The notes beneath the pieces were generated by a model. It saw nothing but the letters and a program-made list of their open reading frames with translations, did no database searches and was not told the origin of the DNA. 64,000 nt of DNA from Anaerolineae bacterium (GTDB lineage Bacteria; Chloroflexota; Anaerolineae; Aggregatilineales; Phototrophicaceae): positions 41,324 to 105,323 of the forward strand of contig JAJDUC010000047.1 of assembly GCA_022826865.1 (NCBI GenBank), in the 5' to 3' direction. Of this stretch, positions 44,052-52,767 are shown in pieces; positions within the stretch are counted from its first letter, which is position 1, and each line of letters begins with the position of its first letter. Both the position numbers and the translations under genes were made by a program.

Positions 44052-45094
44052 GGGGCCGTTTCCTTCCGTTCGTCATGGAGAAAGCAGCGGGCGTCGTGGC
44101 CGGCTTCAATTTCGACCAGCGCCGGCAGCGCCGTATCGCAGCTGCCCGGCATCATGTCCGGGCAGCGGGAGCAGAAGCCGCAGGCCTGCGGCAAACCGAT
44201 GGGAATAGGCACGGTGCCTTCAATCGTCTGCAGGCGCGCGGCGCGCTGCCCGATACGCGGCGTCGCCGCTAGCAGACGGCGCGTGTAGGGGTGCAATGGA
44301 TTGTGGAAGATATCCCGCGCCGAGCCGCGCTCGACAATCTTGCCCAGGTACATGACCGCGACTTCATCGCAGATTTCCGCGATGATGCCCAGATCATGCG
44401 TGATGTACAGCACCGCCATTTGGAACTGGGCCTGGGCCTGGGCGATCAGGTCCAGGATTTGCGCTTGCACCGTGACATCCAGGGCGGTCGTCGGTTCATC
44501 GGCGATCAAGAGGCGCGGACGGCAGGACAGCGCCATCGCAATCATCACGCGCTGGCGCATGCCGCCGGAGAAATGATGCGGATATTCGTCCATGCGCTGC
44601 GCCGGATTGGAGATGCCCACCAGATCGAGCATTTCCAGCGCGGTCTCATAAGCCTCGCGCTTGTTGCGCGTCACATGCAGCAAGATGGGCTCCATCAACT
44701 GGTTGCCGATGCTGTGAATGGGTGACAGGCTGGACATGGGCTCCTGAAAGATCATGGCGATCTCTTTGCCGCGGATGCCGCGGATCAGCGGGCCGGTTGC
44801 ATCCTCGTCGGCCAGATCGACGCGCCCGCCGCCTTCGCCGCGGTAGTGGATTTGCCCGTTGACAATGCGCCCGGGTTTGGGCACCAGTCGCATCAAAGAC
44901 TGCGCGGTGACAGTTTTGCCGCAGCCGCTCTCGCCGATCAAGCCGAACATCTGCTGCTCTTTGATGGCGAAACTGACGCGATCGACCGCCTTCAGCTTGC
45001 CTTCGTCGACGGCGAACTGCACGCTCAGGTCTTCGACCTCGATGACGGGCTGGGGCTCCCTCAGCGGGTCCGGCCGTTGAGGCGCCGCGGTCAT
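44048..45094 (-). CDS. Opp/Dpp-type ABC transporter ATP-binding protein (OppD-like)
   Basis: 348 aa. Motifs: [29 protein letters not shown]. It has a 4-nt overlap with both neighbours. Confidence 0.9.
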   Translation of the reverse strand: MTAAPQRPDPLREPQPVIEVEDLSVQFAVDEGKLKAVDRVSFAIKEQQMFGLIGESGCGKTVTAQSLMRLVPKPGRIVNGQIHYRGEGGGRVDLADEDATGPLIRGIRGKEIAMIFQEPMSSLSPIHSIGNQLMEPILLHVTRNKREAYETALEMLDLVGISNPAQRMDEYPHHFSGGMRQRVMIAMALSCRPRLLIADEPTTALDVTVQAQILDLIAQAQAQFQMAVLYITHDLGIIAEICDEVAVMYLGKIVERGSARDIFHNPLHPYTRRLLAATPRIGQRAARLQTIEGTVPIPIGLPQACGFCSRCPDMMPGSCDTALPALVEIEAGHDARCFLHDERKETAP

Positions 45095-47640
45095 GGCAGC
45101 CTCGCGAGAGGCGCGTTCCAGGCGGCGACGCCGATATCGCTGACTTGGCTGACGGGGATTCGTCTTTCTTCACCGGGGTCCAGCCAGAAGCAACTATCGG
45201 CGCAAGAGAAGCGCTGGGAGATATCGGGACAGTGAAAGTGCAGGCCGACGGCGGGCTTTTCACCGCTGTTGGCAATGATGACCGCATCTGCGCCATCGGC
45301 GCGCAGCGCAAGCCGCGTCGGCGGCCGGTTAAAGAGGCTGCCCTGGATCATGCTGTAATTGAGCCAGTAAAAGACGCTGTCACAGCGCCCGGCCTCGGTG
45401 CTCAGGTCGGCCGCAATGAAGAGCGGACAGTTCCAGGTTTGCTCGGCGTCCAGCGCAAATTCACCCAGCTTGTTCACTTGCGCCTCGCTGCCGCGCCCGC
45501 TGAAGGAGGCGGTCTTTATCAAGGCGAGATCGCTGTCGAAGGCGCGAACGCGAACAGTCCATTCGGCATTTGCCAGCGCGCCGGCGTCATCCAGCAGGAA
45601 AACTGGCAGTTCGACCGGCACGCCGACGAATGAAAGCCGATTGAACAGCAGGCAGACGTGAAGCGGGCGAAAGGCGCCGCGCAAGACGTGATATGCGGTT
45701 TTGGGCACGCCGTGCCAGTCGACGGTCGCCCAGGATGCAGCCGGGTTATTGTCGGTCAGCTTGTAGTAGCAGACGCCGGTGGCTTCGGGCCAGCGCGCGC
45801 GCGCAAGCTCCAGCGTATGCCGCATGCCGGTCGCCTGCGCCATTTGCATGCCGAGAATGAAGTTTTGAAGCGAATCACAGGGGAGGAAATCGGCGACATA
45901 CTGCGCCATGATCGCCTGGCCGCCCTTCAAATTGAAGACGGGCATATGGCGCGTGAAAGCGCTGTCGCGGGCAGGGGGCCAGGCGTCTAATTCCTCAGAA
46001 GGCGTGTAGCGTTCCACCGTTTCGATATTCGGCAGGGATGCCAGCCCGAATTCGCCGATGAATGTCGCCGAAAGCGATAGATTGCGGTCGAGCGGTTCCC
46101 GCCCCCAGTACACGGCATAACTGTGAATGCTGCCGCCCCAGGGTTCGCCGCGGTGGAAGGGGCGCGTGCCATCCAGCTCATAGCTGTAGCGCCCCATCAT
46201 GTCGATTGCTTCGCCGAAAGGCTCGCCGGATTCGTTGCCGCCGCCCCACATCGCCAGTGACGGGTGATTGCGCAGGCGTATGGTATTTTGGCGGACGGTT
46301 TCTTCCAGAATGTCGTAGGGCTGAATGCGATGGCTGTTCCAGGCGGTCGGCCACTCCTGCATGATCATGATGCCGTAGCGGTCGGCCAGGTCGTAGAATT
46401 CGTCGGTCTCGGGCATGCCGCTGCCCCAGGCGCGAAGCAACTGCATGTGCGAGTCCCGGGCCAATTGCATAAAGCGGTCGTAACGCTCCCGCTCGAAGCG
46501 CAGCAAAGCATCCAGCGTGCACCAATTGGCGCCTTTGACGAAGATCGCTTTGCCATTGACGACGAATGTCCAGTTGTAATTCTCGGGATCGGGTCCATCC
46601 GGCGCCGGGCGCATTTCGATGCTGCGAATGCCGAAGGTGAAGGACCTGTGATCAGGCCGGCCCGCTTCCGGCTGGAAGGAAAGCGATATGCGGTAGAGGT
46701 TGGGATCGCCATGATCGACCGGCCACCAGAGCCGGGCATCGGGCAGTGTAAACTCCAGCAGTTCGGTCCGTTCCCGCCCCTCGCAAGCCATGTCGCAGTC
46801 GAAATGATAAGCCTCGCCAGTGAAGTTTTCCGGTTCGATGCTGGCGATGAGGCACCCGCGCCAGGGCTCGTCCGCGCCCCTTAAACGCAGGTGGAGGCGC
46901 ATCCGGCCTTCGGCGGCGTCAAGCGTGGCGATAAAGGGATCGACGATTTCGACAGCCGGCGTCGCCCGCAGGTCAACCGGGCGCCAGATGCCGATAGTGG
47001 GCAGATTGATATAATGCCAGCCGTAGATGTTGTTAATCACAGCGCTGTTGAGCCAGCCGACATTCATGCCGATGAAGAAGTCATTCGGTTCGCCGCTGCC
47101 GGCGCGCTGCGGCGCCGGGTCAAGCCGGACGATGATGGTATTCTCTCCATCCCGGAGTTTCGAAGAGACATCGTAGCTCATTTGCGCGAACATGCCTTTG
47201 TGTTCGCCCAGCTTTTCGCCATTGAGCCAGATGGCGCAGGAATCGCAGATCCCGCCGAAGACCAGGCGCGCGCCGGGCATATCGGCCGGCCGCTGGAAAG
47301 TTTGCCGCAGCCACCAGGTCTTGAAACTTTCTTCTCGGGCGATTTCATCATTGCGGCCAACATAGGGATCGGGGAGATGGCCGGCATGCAGCAGGGCGGT
47401 CTGCACGCTGCCCGGCACAACAGCTGGCACGGAGTCGGGCCAGGCGCTCGTTAGCCGCTGACGCGCCTCGCCGCCCGCCGCCATTTCCCAGCCCTCATTC
47501 AGCGAGATGACGGGCGGCGCGGCCGCGCGCGCGGCGGCGCCGCTGTGCAACGCCACCATCCGCGCCCGGCCATCCAAGGGCGAAGGACCGGGCGCGAAGA
47601 GATCGCGATCGATCTGGTCAAGGCTCTTCACTTCACTCAC
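45091..47640 (-). CDS. Glycoside hydrolase family 2 (beta-mannosidase / exo-beta-glucosaminidase-like), copy 1, embedded in the Opp-type operon
   Basis: 849 aa. It has GH2 domain order, with an acid/base-type GGGNESGEP and a nucleophile-type IGEFGLAS. No signal peptide is evident. Confidence 0.8.
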   Translation of the reverse strand: MSEVKSLDQIDRDLFAPGPSPLDGRARMVALHSGAAARAAAPPVISLNEGWEMAAGGEARQRLTSAWPDSVPAVVPGSVQTALLHAGHLPDPYVGRNDEIAREESFKTWWLRQTFQRPADMPGARLVFGGICDSCAIWLNGEKLGEHKGMFAQMSYDVSSKLRDGENTIIVRLDPAPQRAGSGEPNDFFIGMNVGWLNSAVINNIYGWHYINLPTIGIWRPVDLRATPAVEIVDPFIATLDAAEGRMRLHLRLRGADEPWRGCLIASIEPENFTGEAYHFDCDMACEGRERTELLEFTLPDARLWWPVDHGDPNLYRISLSFQPEAGRPDHRSFTFGIRSIEMRPAPDGPDPENYNWTFVVNGKAIFVKGANWCTLDALLRFERERYDRFMQLARDSHMQLLRAWGSGMPETDEFYDLADRYGIMIMQEWPTAWNSHRIQPYDILEETVRQNTIRLRNHPSLAMWGGGNESGEPFGEAIDMMGRYSYELDGTRPFHRGEPWGGSIHSYAVYWGREPLDRNLSLSATFIGEFGLASLPNIETVERYTPSEELDAWPPARDSAFTRHMPVFNLKGGQAIMAQYVADFLPCDSLQNFILGMQMAQATGMRHTLELARARWPEATGVCYYKLTDNNPAASWATVDWHGVPKTAYHVLRGAFRPLHVCLLFNRLSFVGVPVELPVFLLDDAGALANAEWTVRVRAFDSDLALIKTASFSGRGSEAQVNKLGEFALDAEQTWNCPLFIAADLSTEAGRCDSVFYWLNYSMIQGSLFNRPPTRLALRADGADAVIIANSGEKPAVGLHFHCPDISQRFSCADSCFWLDPGEERRIPVSQVSDIGVAAWNAPLARLP

Positions 47641-47664
47641 TGTTTGCTCCTGCCTGTGGCTGCT

Positions 47665-48807
47665 TCAAAGCGAATAGGGGTCGGCGGCATCGCGCAGTCC
47701 ATCGCCAACGAAGTTGAACATCAGAACCGTGACGATGATGAAAAAGCCCGGGATGAGCTTCCAGGGTTGATGGACGAGCGCGCCGAAATTCATGGTGTCT
47801 TGCAACAGCACGCCCCAACTGACGCCGGGCTCTTGCATGCCCAGCCCGATGAAACTCAGCGCCGTCTCGCCCAGGATCATGCCGGGAATCGCCAGGGTCA
47901 GCGACACGATCAGATGGCTGGCGAAATTCGGCAGCAGGTGGCGCGTGATGACATACAGGTCGGAGCCGCCGGAGAGCCGCGCGGCGGTGACAAAGTCCAG
48001 ATCGCGCAAGGAAAGCAGCTTGCCGCGCACGACGCGCGCCAGGCCGGTCCAGCCCACGACGGATAGCACGATGGTGATGGCGAAATAGGTCTGCGTGACC
48101 GACCATTTGATGGGAATGGCGGCGGAGAGCGCCATCCAAAGCGGCAGGGTGGGGATAGCGATCAGCAGGTCAATGACGCGCTGGATGAATTCGTCAATGA
48201 TGCCGCCGAAGTAACCGGAGATGCCGCCGATGAGGCAGCCGAGTACGAAGCTGATGGCGACGCCGCCCAAGCCGATGAACAGGGAAACGCGGGCCGCGAT
48301 CGTCGTGCGAGAGAATAGATCGCGGCCGACGATATCGGTGCCGAAGAGCGTGATATTTGTGCCGTCTTCGACGCCGAAGAGGTGAATATCCAGCTCGAAC
48401 AAGCCCAGAACCGAGTAGGGCTCCCCGCGAACGAAGAAATGGATCGGGTATTTCACCTCCTCTACCTCAGTATAAATTTCGCGGAAGGTCTTGCTGTGGA
48501 AGCTGCGCTTGCGCGCGTAGACGTAGGGCTGGAATATGTTCGCCTCGACGCCGAAGCGGATGACGCTCGGCGGCGCGTCCTTGAAGCCCTTCAAGCGGGT
48601 GTCGGCGCGGTAAGGCGCGACGAAATCGGCAAAAATGGCCAGGAAGTAAAGGGGCAGCAGCACGGCGATGCCAAGCCGGGCGAGCCGATGCCGCCAGAAG
48701 CGCCGCCGGATCAGCGCCGCGCGCGACAGGTACTCGATCGAGCTGTCCGCATCAGGGGCGGGCGCGAGATCGTGGCTTGGGGCGCCTTTGTTATCCGCTT
48801 CGTCCAT
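47665..48807 (-). CDS. Opp/Dpp-type ABC permease (OppC/DppC-like)
   Basis: 380 aa with 6 TM helices and the long first periplasmic loop typical of OppC-like permeases. Confidence 0.85.
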   Translation of the reverse strand: MDEADNKGAPSHDLAPAPDADSSIEYLSRAALIRRRFWRHRLARLGIAVLLPLYFLAIFADFVAPYRADTRLKGFKDAPPSVIRFGVEANIFQPYVYARKRSFHSKTFREIYTEVEEVKYPIHFFVRGEPYSVLGLFELDIHLFGVEDGTNITLFGTDIVGRDLFSRTTIAARVSLFIGLGGVAISFVLGCLIGGISGYFGGIIDEFIQRVIDLLIAIPTLPLWMALSAAIPIKWSVTQTYFAITIVLSVVGWTGLARVVRGKLLSLRDLDFVTAARLSGGSDLYVITRHLLPNFASHLIVSLTLAIPGMILGETALSFIGLGMQEPGVSWGVLLQDTMNFGALVHQPWKLIPGFFIIVTVLMFNFVGDGLRDAADPYSL

Positions 48808-48850
48808 GGCTCATTCCCGGGCCGCGCCAGGCTGATCGAAAGGGCATAAA

Positions 48851-49855
48851 TCAATCATAACGAATCCGCGGGTCCAGCCAGACCAGGGCCAGGTCTGAAA
48901 TCAAGGTGCCGATGAGCGTCAGGGCGCTCAGGATCATGATGATACTGCCGGCCAGGTACATGTCCTGGCGCAGGACCGCGCTCAAGAGCACGGGGCCGAT
49001 GGTGTTGAGGTTGAATACAATAGAGACTAGGGCTTCGCCGCCGACGATGGCGGGCAGCAGCCAGCCGATCGTGCTGAATATGGGGTTGAAAGCGATGCGC
49101 ACCGGATACTTCCAGAGCAGCCTCCGTTCGCTGAGCCCTTTCGAGCGGGCGGTGACTACATACTGCTTGTTCAATTCATCCAGCAGGTTGGCGCGCATTA
49201 CGCGGATCATGCCGGCGATGCCGGCCGTAGAGAGCACCAGCACGGGCGCCCAGATATTCTTCAGCATGTCGATCGCTTTTGCGATGGACCAAGGCGCATG
49301 GCGGAACTCAAGGGAAAACAGGCCAGTCACGGCGTGGCCGGTCTGGGCGAAGACGATCCACATGATGATGATGGCGAAAAGGAAGTTAGGCAGGGCCAGG
49401 CCGATGAAGCCGACGAAGGTGGCGACATAGTCAGTGAGGGAGTATTGATGGGTGGCGGAATAAATGCCGATCGGTATGGCGACCGCCCAGACAACAATGG
49501 TCGAAACGATTGAGATGATTATGGTCGCGGGCAGGCGCTCGGCAATGATGTCGGTGACCGGTTTGTTGGAATGGCTGCTGCCGTAGGAGCCGAAGGAGCG
49601 CCCCAGATCGCCATGCGCGAGGAAATTCCGCATCCAGCGCAGGTACTGAACATGCAGGGGCTGGCCCAGGCCGTAACGCTGGGTCAGGCGGGCGACCTCG
49701 GCTTCGTCGACCACCAGGCCCTGGTTTTCCAGATTGAGTATGTATGTGGACAGATAATCGCCGGGCGGGAGCTGGATGATGGCGAAGCAGGTCATCGACA
49801 GCATGACCAGCATGGGGATTAGAATCAAAATACGCCGGACGATGACAAGAAGCAT
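48851..49855 (-). CDS. Opp/Dpp-type ABC permease (OppB/DppB-like)
   Basis: 334 aa. The N-terminus MLLVIVRRILILIPML, the ..TARSKGLSERRLLWKY.. loop and the C-terminal DPRIRY are OppB/DppB hallmarks. Confidence 0.9.
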   Translation of the reverse strand: MLLVIVRRILILIPMLVMLSMTCFAIIQLPPGDYLSTYILNLENQGLVVDEAEVARLTQRYGLGQPLHVQYLRWMRNFLAHGDLGRSFGSYGSSHSNKPVTDIIAERLPATIIISIVSTIVVWAVAIPIGIYSATHQYSLTDYVATFVGFIGLALPNFLFAIIIMWIVFAQTGHAVTGLFSLEFRHAPWSIAKAIDMLKNIWAPVLVLSTAGIAGMIRVMRANLLDELNKQYVVTARSKGLSERRLLWKYPVRIAFNPIFSTIGWLLPAIVGGEALVSIVFNLNTIGPVLLSAVLRQDMYLAGSIIMILSALTLIGTLISDLALVWLDPRIRYD

Positions 49856-50039
49856 CTAGTTCTCCCGGGTGGCCCGCCCGCGCTTTGGCGCGAGAACGGC
49901 GCCGCCGCGTCAATGCAATATTTGACTTGCGAGGGCGCATTCAGGATAATAACCCAATCAGCCCCCAATGGCATTGCGGTGGGCTGAGCGCAGCGCCCAA
50001 TTCATAGTGTAACAAGAAATCTGATTGATGGAGGAAAAA

Positions 50040-51911
50040 ATGAAATCTGCATGCCGTAAACTTGTTTTGCTCGTGATTGTCTCGACGATGATCTTCGGGT
50101 CGGGCGTCCTTGCCCAAGACTGTATGTACAACGAAGCGCCGATGCTGGCGGAAATGGTCGCGGCGGGTGACTTGCCCGGCGTCTGTGACCGCCTGCCGGA
50201 GAATCCGCTGGTGCTTTCGAGCGGCGTATTGCTGCCGGAATCATTCGTCGTGCCGGAGATTGGCGAATATGGCGGCGAGCTGATCATGACCTGGCAGAAC
50301 AATGTGGCCATGAAGGAGACGCTCTTTAACACCCAGAACCGCGACGACAACACGCTGTCGCCGAATATCATCGAGGAGTTCAGCTACAACGACGACGCCA
50401 GCGTGTATACCTTCAAGCTGCGCGCCGGCCATAAGTGGTCTGATGGCGCGCCGATGACCAGCGAAGATGTGCGCTTCGCCTATGAAGATGTGATCAGCAA
50501 TGAGGCGCTACGGCCGTCGATCGTCACCTATCTGAAGACTGGCGGTGTGCCCTCGGGAAGTCCGGCGACGCTGGAAATCGTTGACGAAACGACCTTCCGC
50601 TTCGCCTTTGACGGCCCCTACCCCGGTTTCGCCTCCAGTCTGGTCAGCCTGGGCACGGGCTATCTGGACATCATCAAGCCCATGCACTTCCTGGCGCCCT
50701 TCCACATTGATTATGGCGATGCCGATGAAATCGCCGCCATGGTGGAAGAGGGCGGCCTCGCCGACTGGACCGAGCTCTTCAACGGCAAGGATGTATCCGG
50801 CTGGTCCGAGAACAACCTGGAAGCGATTGGCTTCCCGCAGTTGGGCGCCTGGGTGCGCGTGGATGGCCCGGAAGAAGAAGTGGTGACCCGGCGCAATCCC
50901 TATTACTTCGCGGTGGATGCGGCCGGCAACCAATTGCCCTATCTGGACGGGCGAAATGCGGTGATCAACCAGTGGGCGAACATGGAAGCGGCCGAGCTGA
51001 TGCTCTTCGCCGGCGAAGTGGATTACTTCTGGCAGGTCAGCCTGGGCAACATCCCGCTCTACATCGAAAACGCGGAAGCCGGCAACTACGCCGTCTACAT
51101 CTATCCCAACAAAGATTCGCGGATGTTCTTCCTCAACCTGACCTTCGCGGATGAAGCCTGGCGCGAAGTCACCTGGGATCAGCGCTTCCGCCAAGCTGTG
51201 CAGTTGGCGATCGACAGCCAGGATTTGATCGACACGCTTTACTTTGGCCAGGCGCACCTGCCGACGATTGCCCCGGCCGATTATGACGTTGACGCTGCCA
51301 ATGCCTTGCTTGATGAAATGGGAATGACCGAGCGCGATGCCGATGGTTATCGCCTTTCGCCCAGCGGCCAAGCCTTCGAGATTCTGATCGAGGTGAGCGC
51401 CGGCGGCGGGGAATATTCCGATCCAGCGACCTTCATCGTGGGCTACCTGGCGGATGTCGGCATCAAGGCGGATTTCCGCGGCATTGATGGCGCGCTGATT
51501 GGCGAGCGCCGCCGCTCCAACGAGGCCCAGGCCGGGATCAACTGGAACACAGCGCCGCTATTCGCCGCGCACACCTACCCGGATTACATTCCGAACGCCG
51601 TCTGGGCGCCGCTCTGGGGCGCCTGGTATGACACGGACGGAGAACAGGGCGAGGCGCCGCCGGATTGGATCATGGGCCTCTACGCTATCCATGAGGATCT
51701 GGTGAGCCACCCGCCCGGCAGCGAGGGCTTCATCTCAGCATCCGCGACGCGCGATGCCTGGCTCTACGAAAATCTGCCCTTCTTCACCTACGTGGAGAAT
51801 CCGGGTCTTGTCCATGTATGGTCGAATTGCATCGGGAACGCGCCCGATGGACCCTACCATCATGGCTCTTGGTCGAGCCATAAGCTCGTCTACTTCAAAT
51901 CCGACTGCTAG
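50040..51911 (+). CDS. Extracellular solute-binding protein, family 5 (Opp/Dpp-type; probably oligosaccharide-binding)
   Basis: The start is taken at the ATG at 50040 (MKSACRKLVLLVIVSTMIFGSGVLAQD), preceded by GGAGGA. The protein is about 620 aa and is divergent from the oppB-like gene. Confidence 0.8.
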   Translation: MKSACRKLVLLVIVSTMIFGSGVLAQDCMYNEAPMLAEMVAAGDLPGVCDRLPENPLVLSSGVLLPESFVVPEIGEYGGELIMTWQNNVAMKETLFNTQNRDDNTLSPNIIEEFSYNDDASVYTFKLRAGHKWSDGAPMTSEDVRFAYEDVISNEALRPSIVTYLKTGGVPSGSPATLEIVDETTFRFAFDGPYPGFASSLVSLGTGYLDIIKPMHFLAPFHIDYGDADEIAAMVEEGGLADWTELFNGKDVSGWSENNLEAIGFPQLGAWVRVDGPEEEVVTRRNPYYFAVDAAGNQLPYLDGRNAVINQWANMEAAELMLFAGEVDYFWQVSLGNIPLYIENAEAGNYAVYIYPNKDSRMFFLNLTFADEAWREVTWDQRFRQAVQLAIDSQDLIDTLYFGQAHLPTIAPADYDVDAANALLDEMGMTERDADGYRLSPSGQAFEILIEVSAGGGEYSDPATFIVGYLADVGIKADFRGIDGALIGERRRSNEAQAGINWNTAPLFAAHTYPDYIPNAVWAPLWGAWYDTDGEQGEAPPDWIMGLYAIHEDLVSHPPGSEGFISASATRDAWLYENLPFFTYVENPGLVHVWSNCIGNAPDGPYHHGSWSSHKLVYFKSDC

Positions 51912-51935
51912 GCGCCGGTCGGAAATCGCAAGATC

Positions 51936-51975
51936 AATCGAGGGCTGAAACGAATTTCAGCCCTCGATTTTCTGA
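51936..51975 (+). terminator. Strong intrinsic terminator after the family-5 binding-protein gene
   Basis: AATCGAGGGCTGAAA-cgaa-TTTCAGCCCTCGATT forms a perfect 15-bp stem with a 4-nt loop, followed by TTTCT. Confidence 0.85.
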
Positions 51976-52172
51976 GTTGTGCTAATGCGCGGCTACAACG
52001 GCGTCTATCACACTTGGAGCCGGAAACGCAATAAGCGCTAAGGTAATGCGCTCGTGTTCCGCTTCATCGAAAGCAAGGTCCGCAAACGTTCGCCGATACG
52101 CGTGAATTGCATCATTCAAGACGCGGCTTGGAAGCGGCTAACTTACGATGATTAGACGCAGCAGAATCAAAG

Positions 52173-52382
52173 CTAGATGATCTGAAATAGCCGACCAAGG
52201 ATAAAGAGTTGGCCGACGACGAGTAGTCCCAGCAACCATTTTTGATAGCTGAGGGCGGTCGCTAGTTCACCAATCTTTCCGTCCATGCGGGCAAGCGTCG
52301 CGGATATGTCACTTTTCTTGACGTATTCCTCGGAGCGGGTTTCCATTTGTGTCATGCGGCGATCGAGTGTAGTTTCCGTCAC
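52173..52382 (-). CDS. Small coiled-coil protein with a C-terminal TM anchor (XhlA-like topology)
   Basis: 69 aa in an AT-rich island. It has a polar helical N-terminal part and a hydrophobic tail WLLGLLVVGQLFILGRLF. Coding status is uncertain. Confidence 0.35.
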   Translation of the reverse strand: MTETTLDRRMTQMETRSEEYVKKSDISATLARMDGKIGELATALSYQKWLLGLLVVGQLFILGRLFQII

Positions 52383-52767
52383 TGAATGTACTCCGTAGTT
52401 TGGCTTACTTGAACGCTCGAAAAATACTTGTCACTGCGCTGCAATACAATGACATTGTAGTGATCGTCACAGCGATTCCAAAAGGAATGGGGAGCATCTA
52501 TTCAAATCCAATTCCCCATTCGAACTTGACTGCGTCCCAAGGCGCAATGCTGTGTTTTATTGTTGATTTTGTTCCGAGATTCGTTCATACTCGCTTTTTT
52601 CAACGTATAGTGCCAGCCACATATTAGCGCGGCCTAGGTTAAATGTCAAAGTAATGCGACAACATTCGAGGAAGGGCGGGTGGTACGAGAATATTGTAAT
52701 GCTTAGTGTGTAAATCCCAAAATCAACATCCGCCGTCCGCCTGCGCCAGTGGCAAAGGAAGCGAAAT

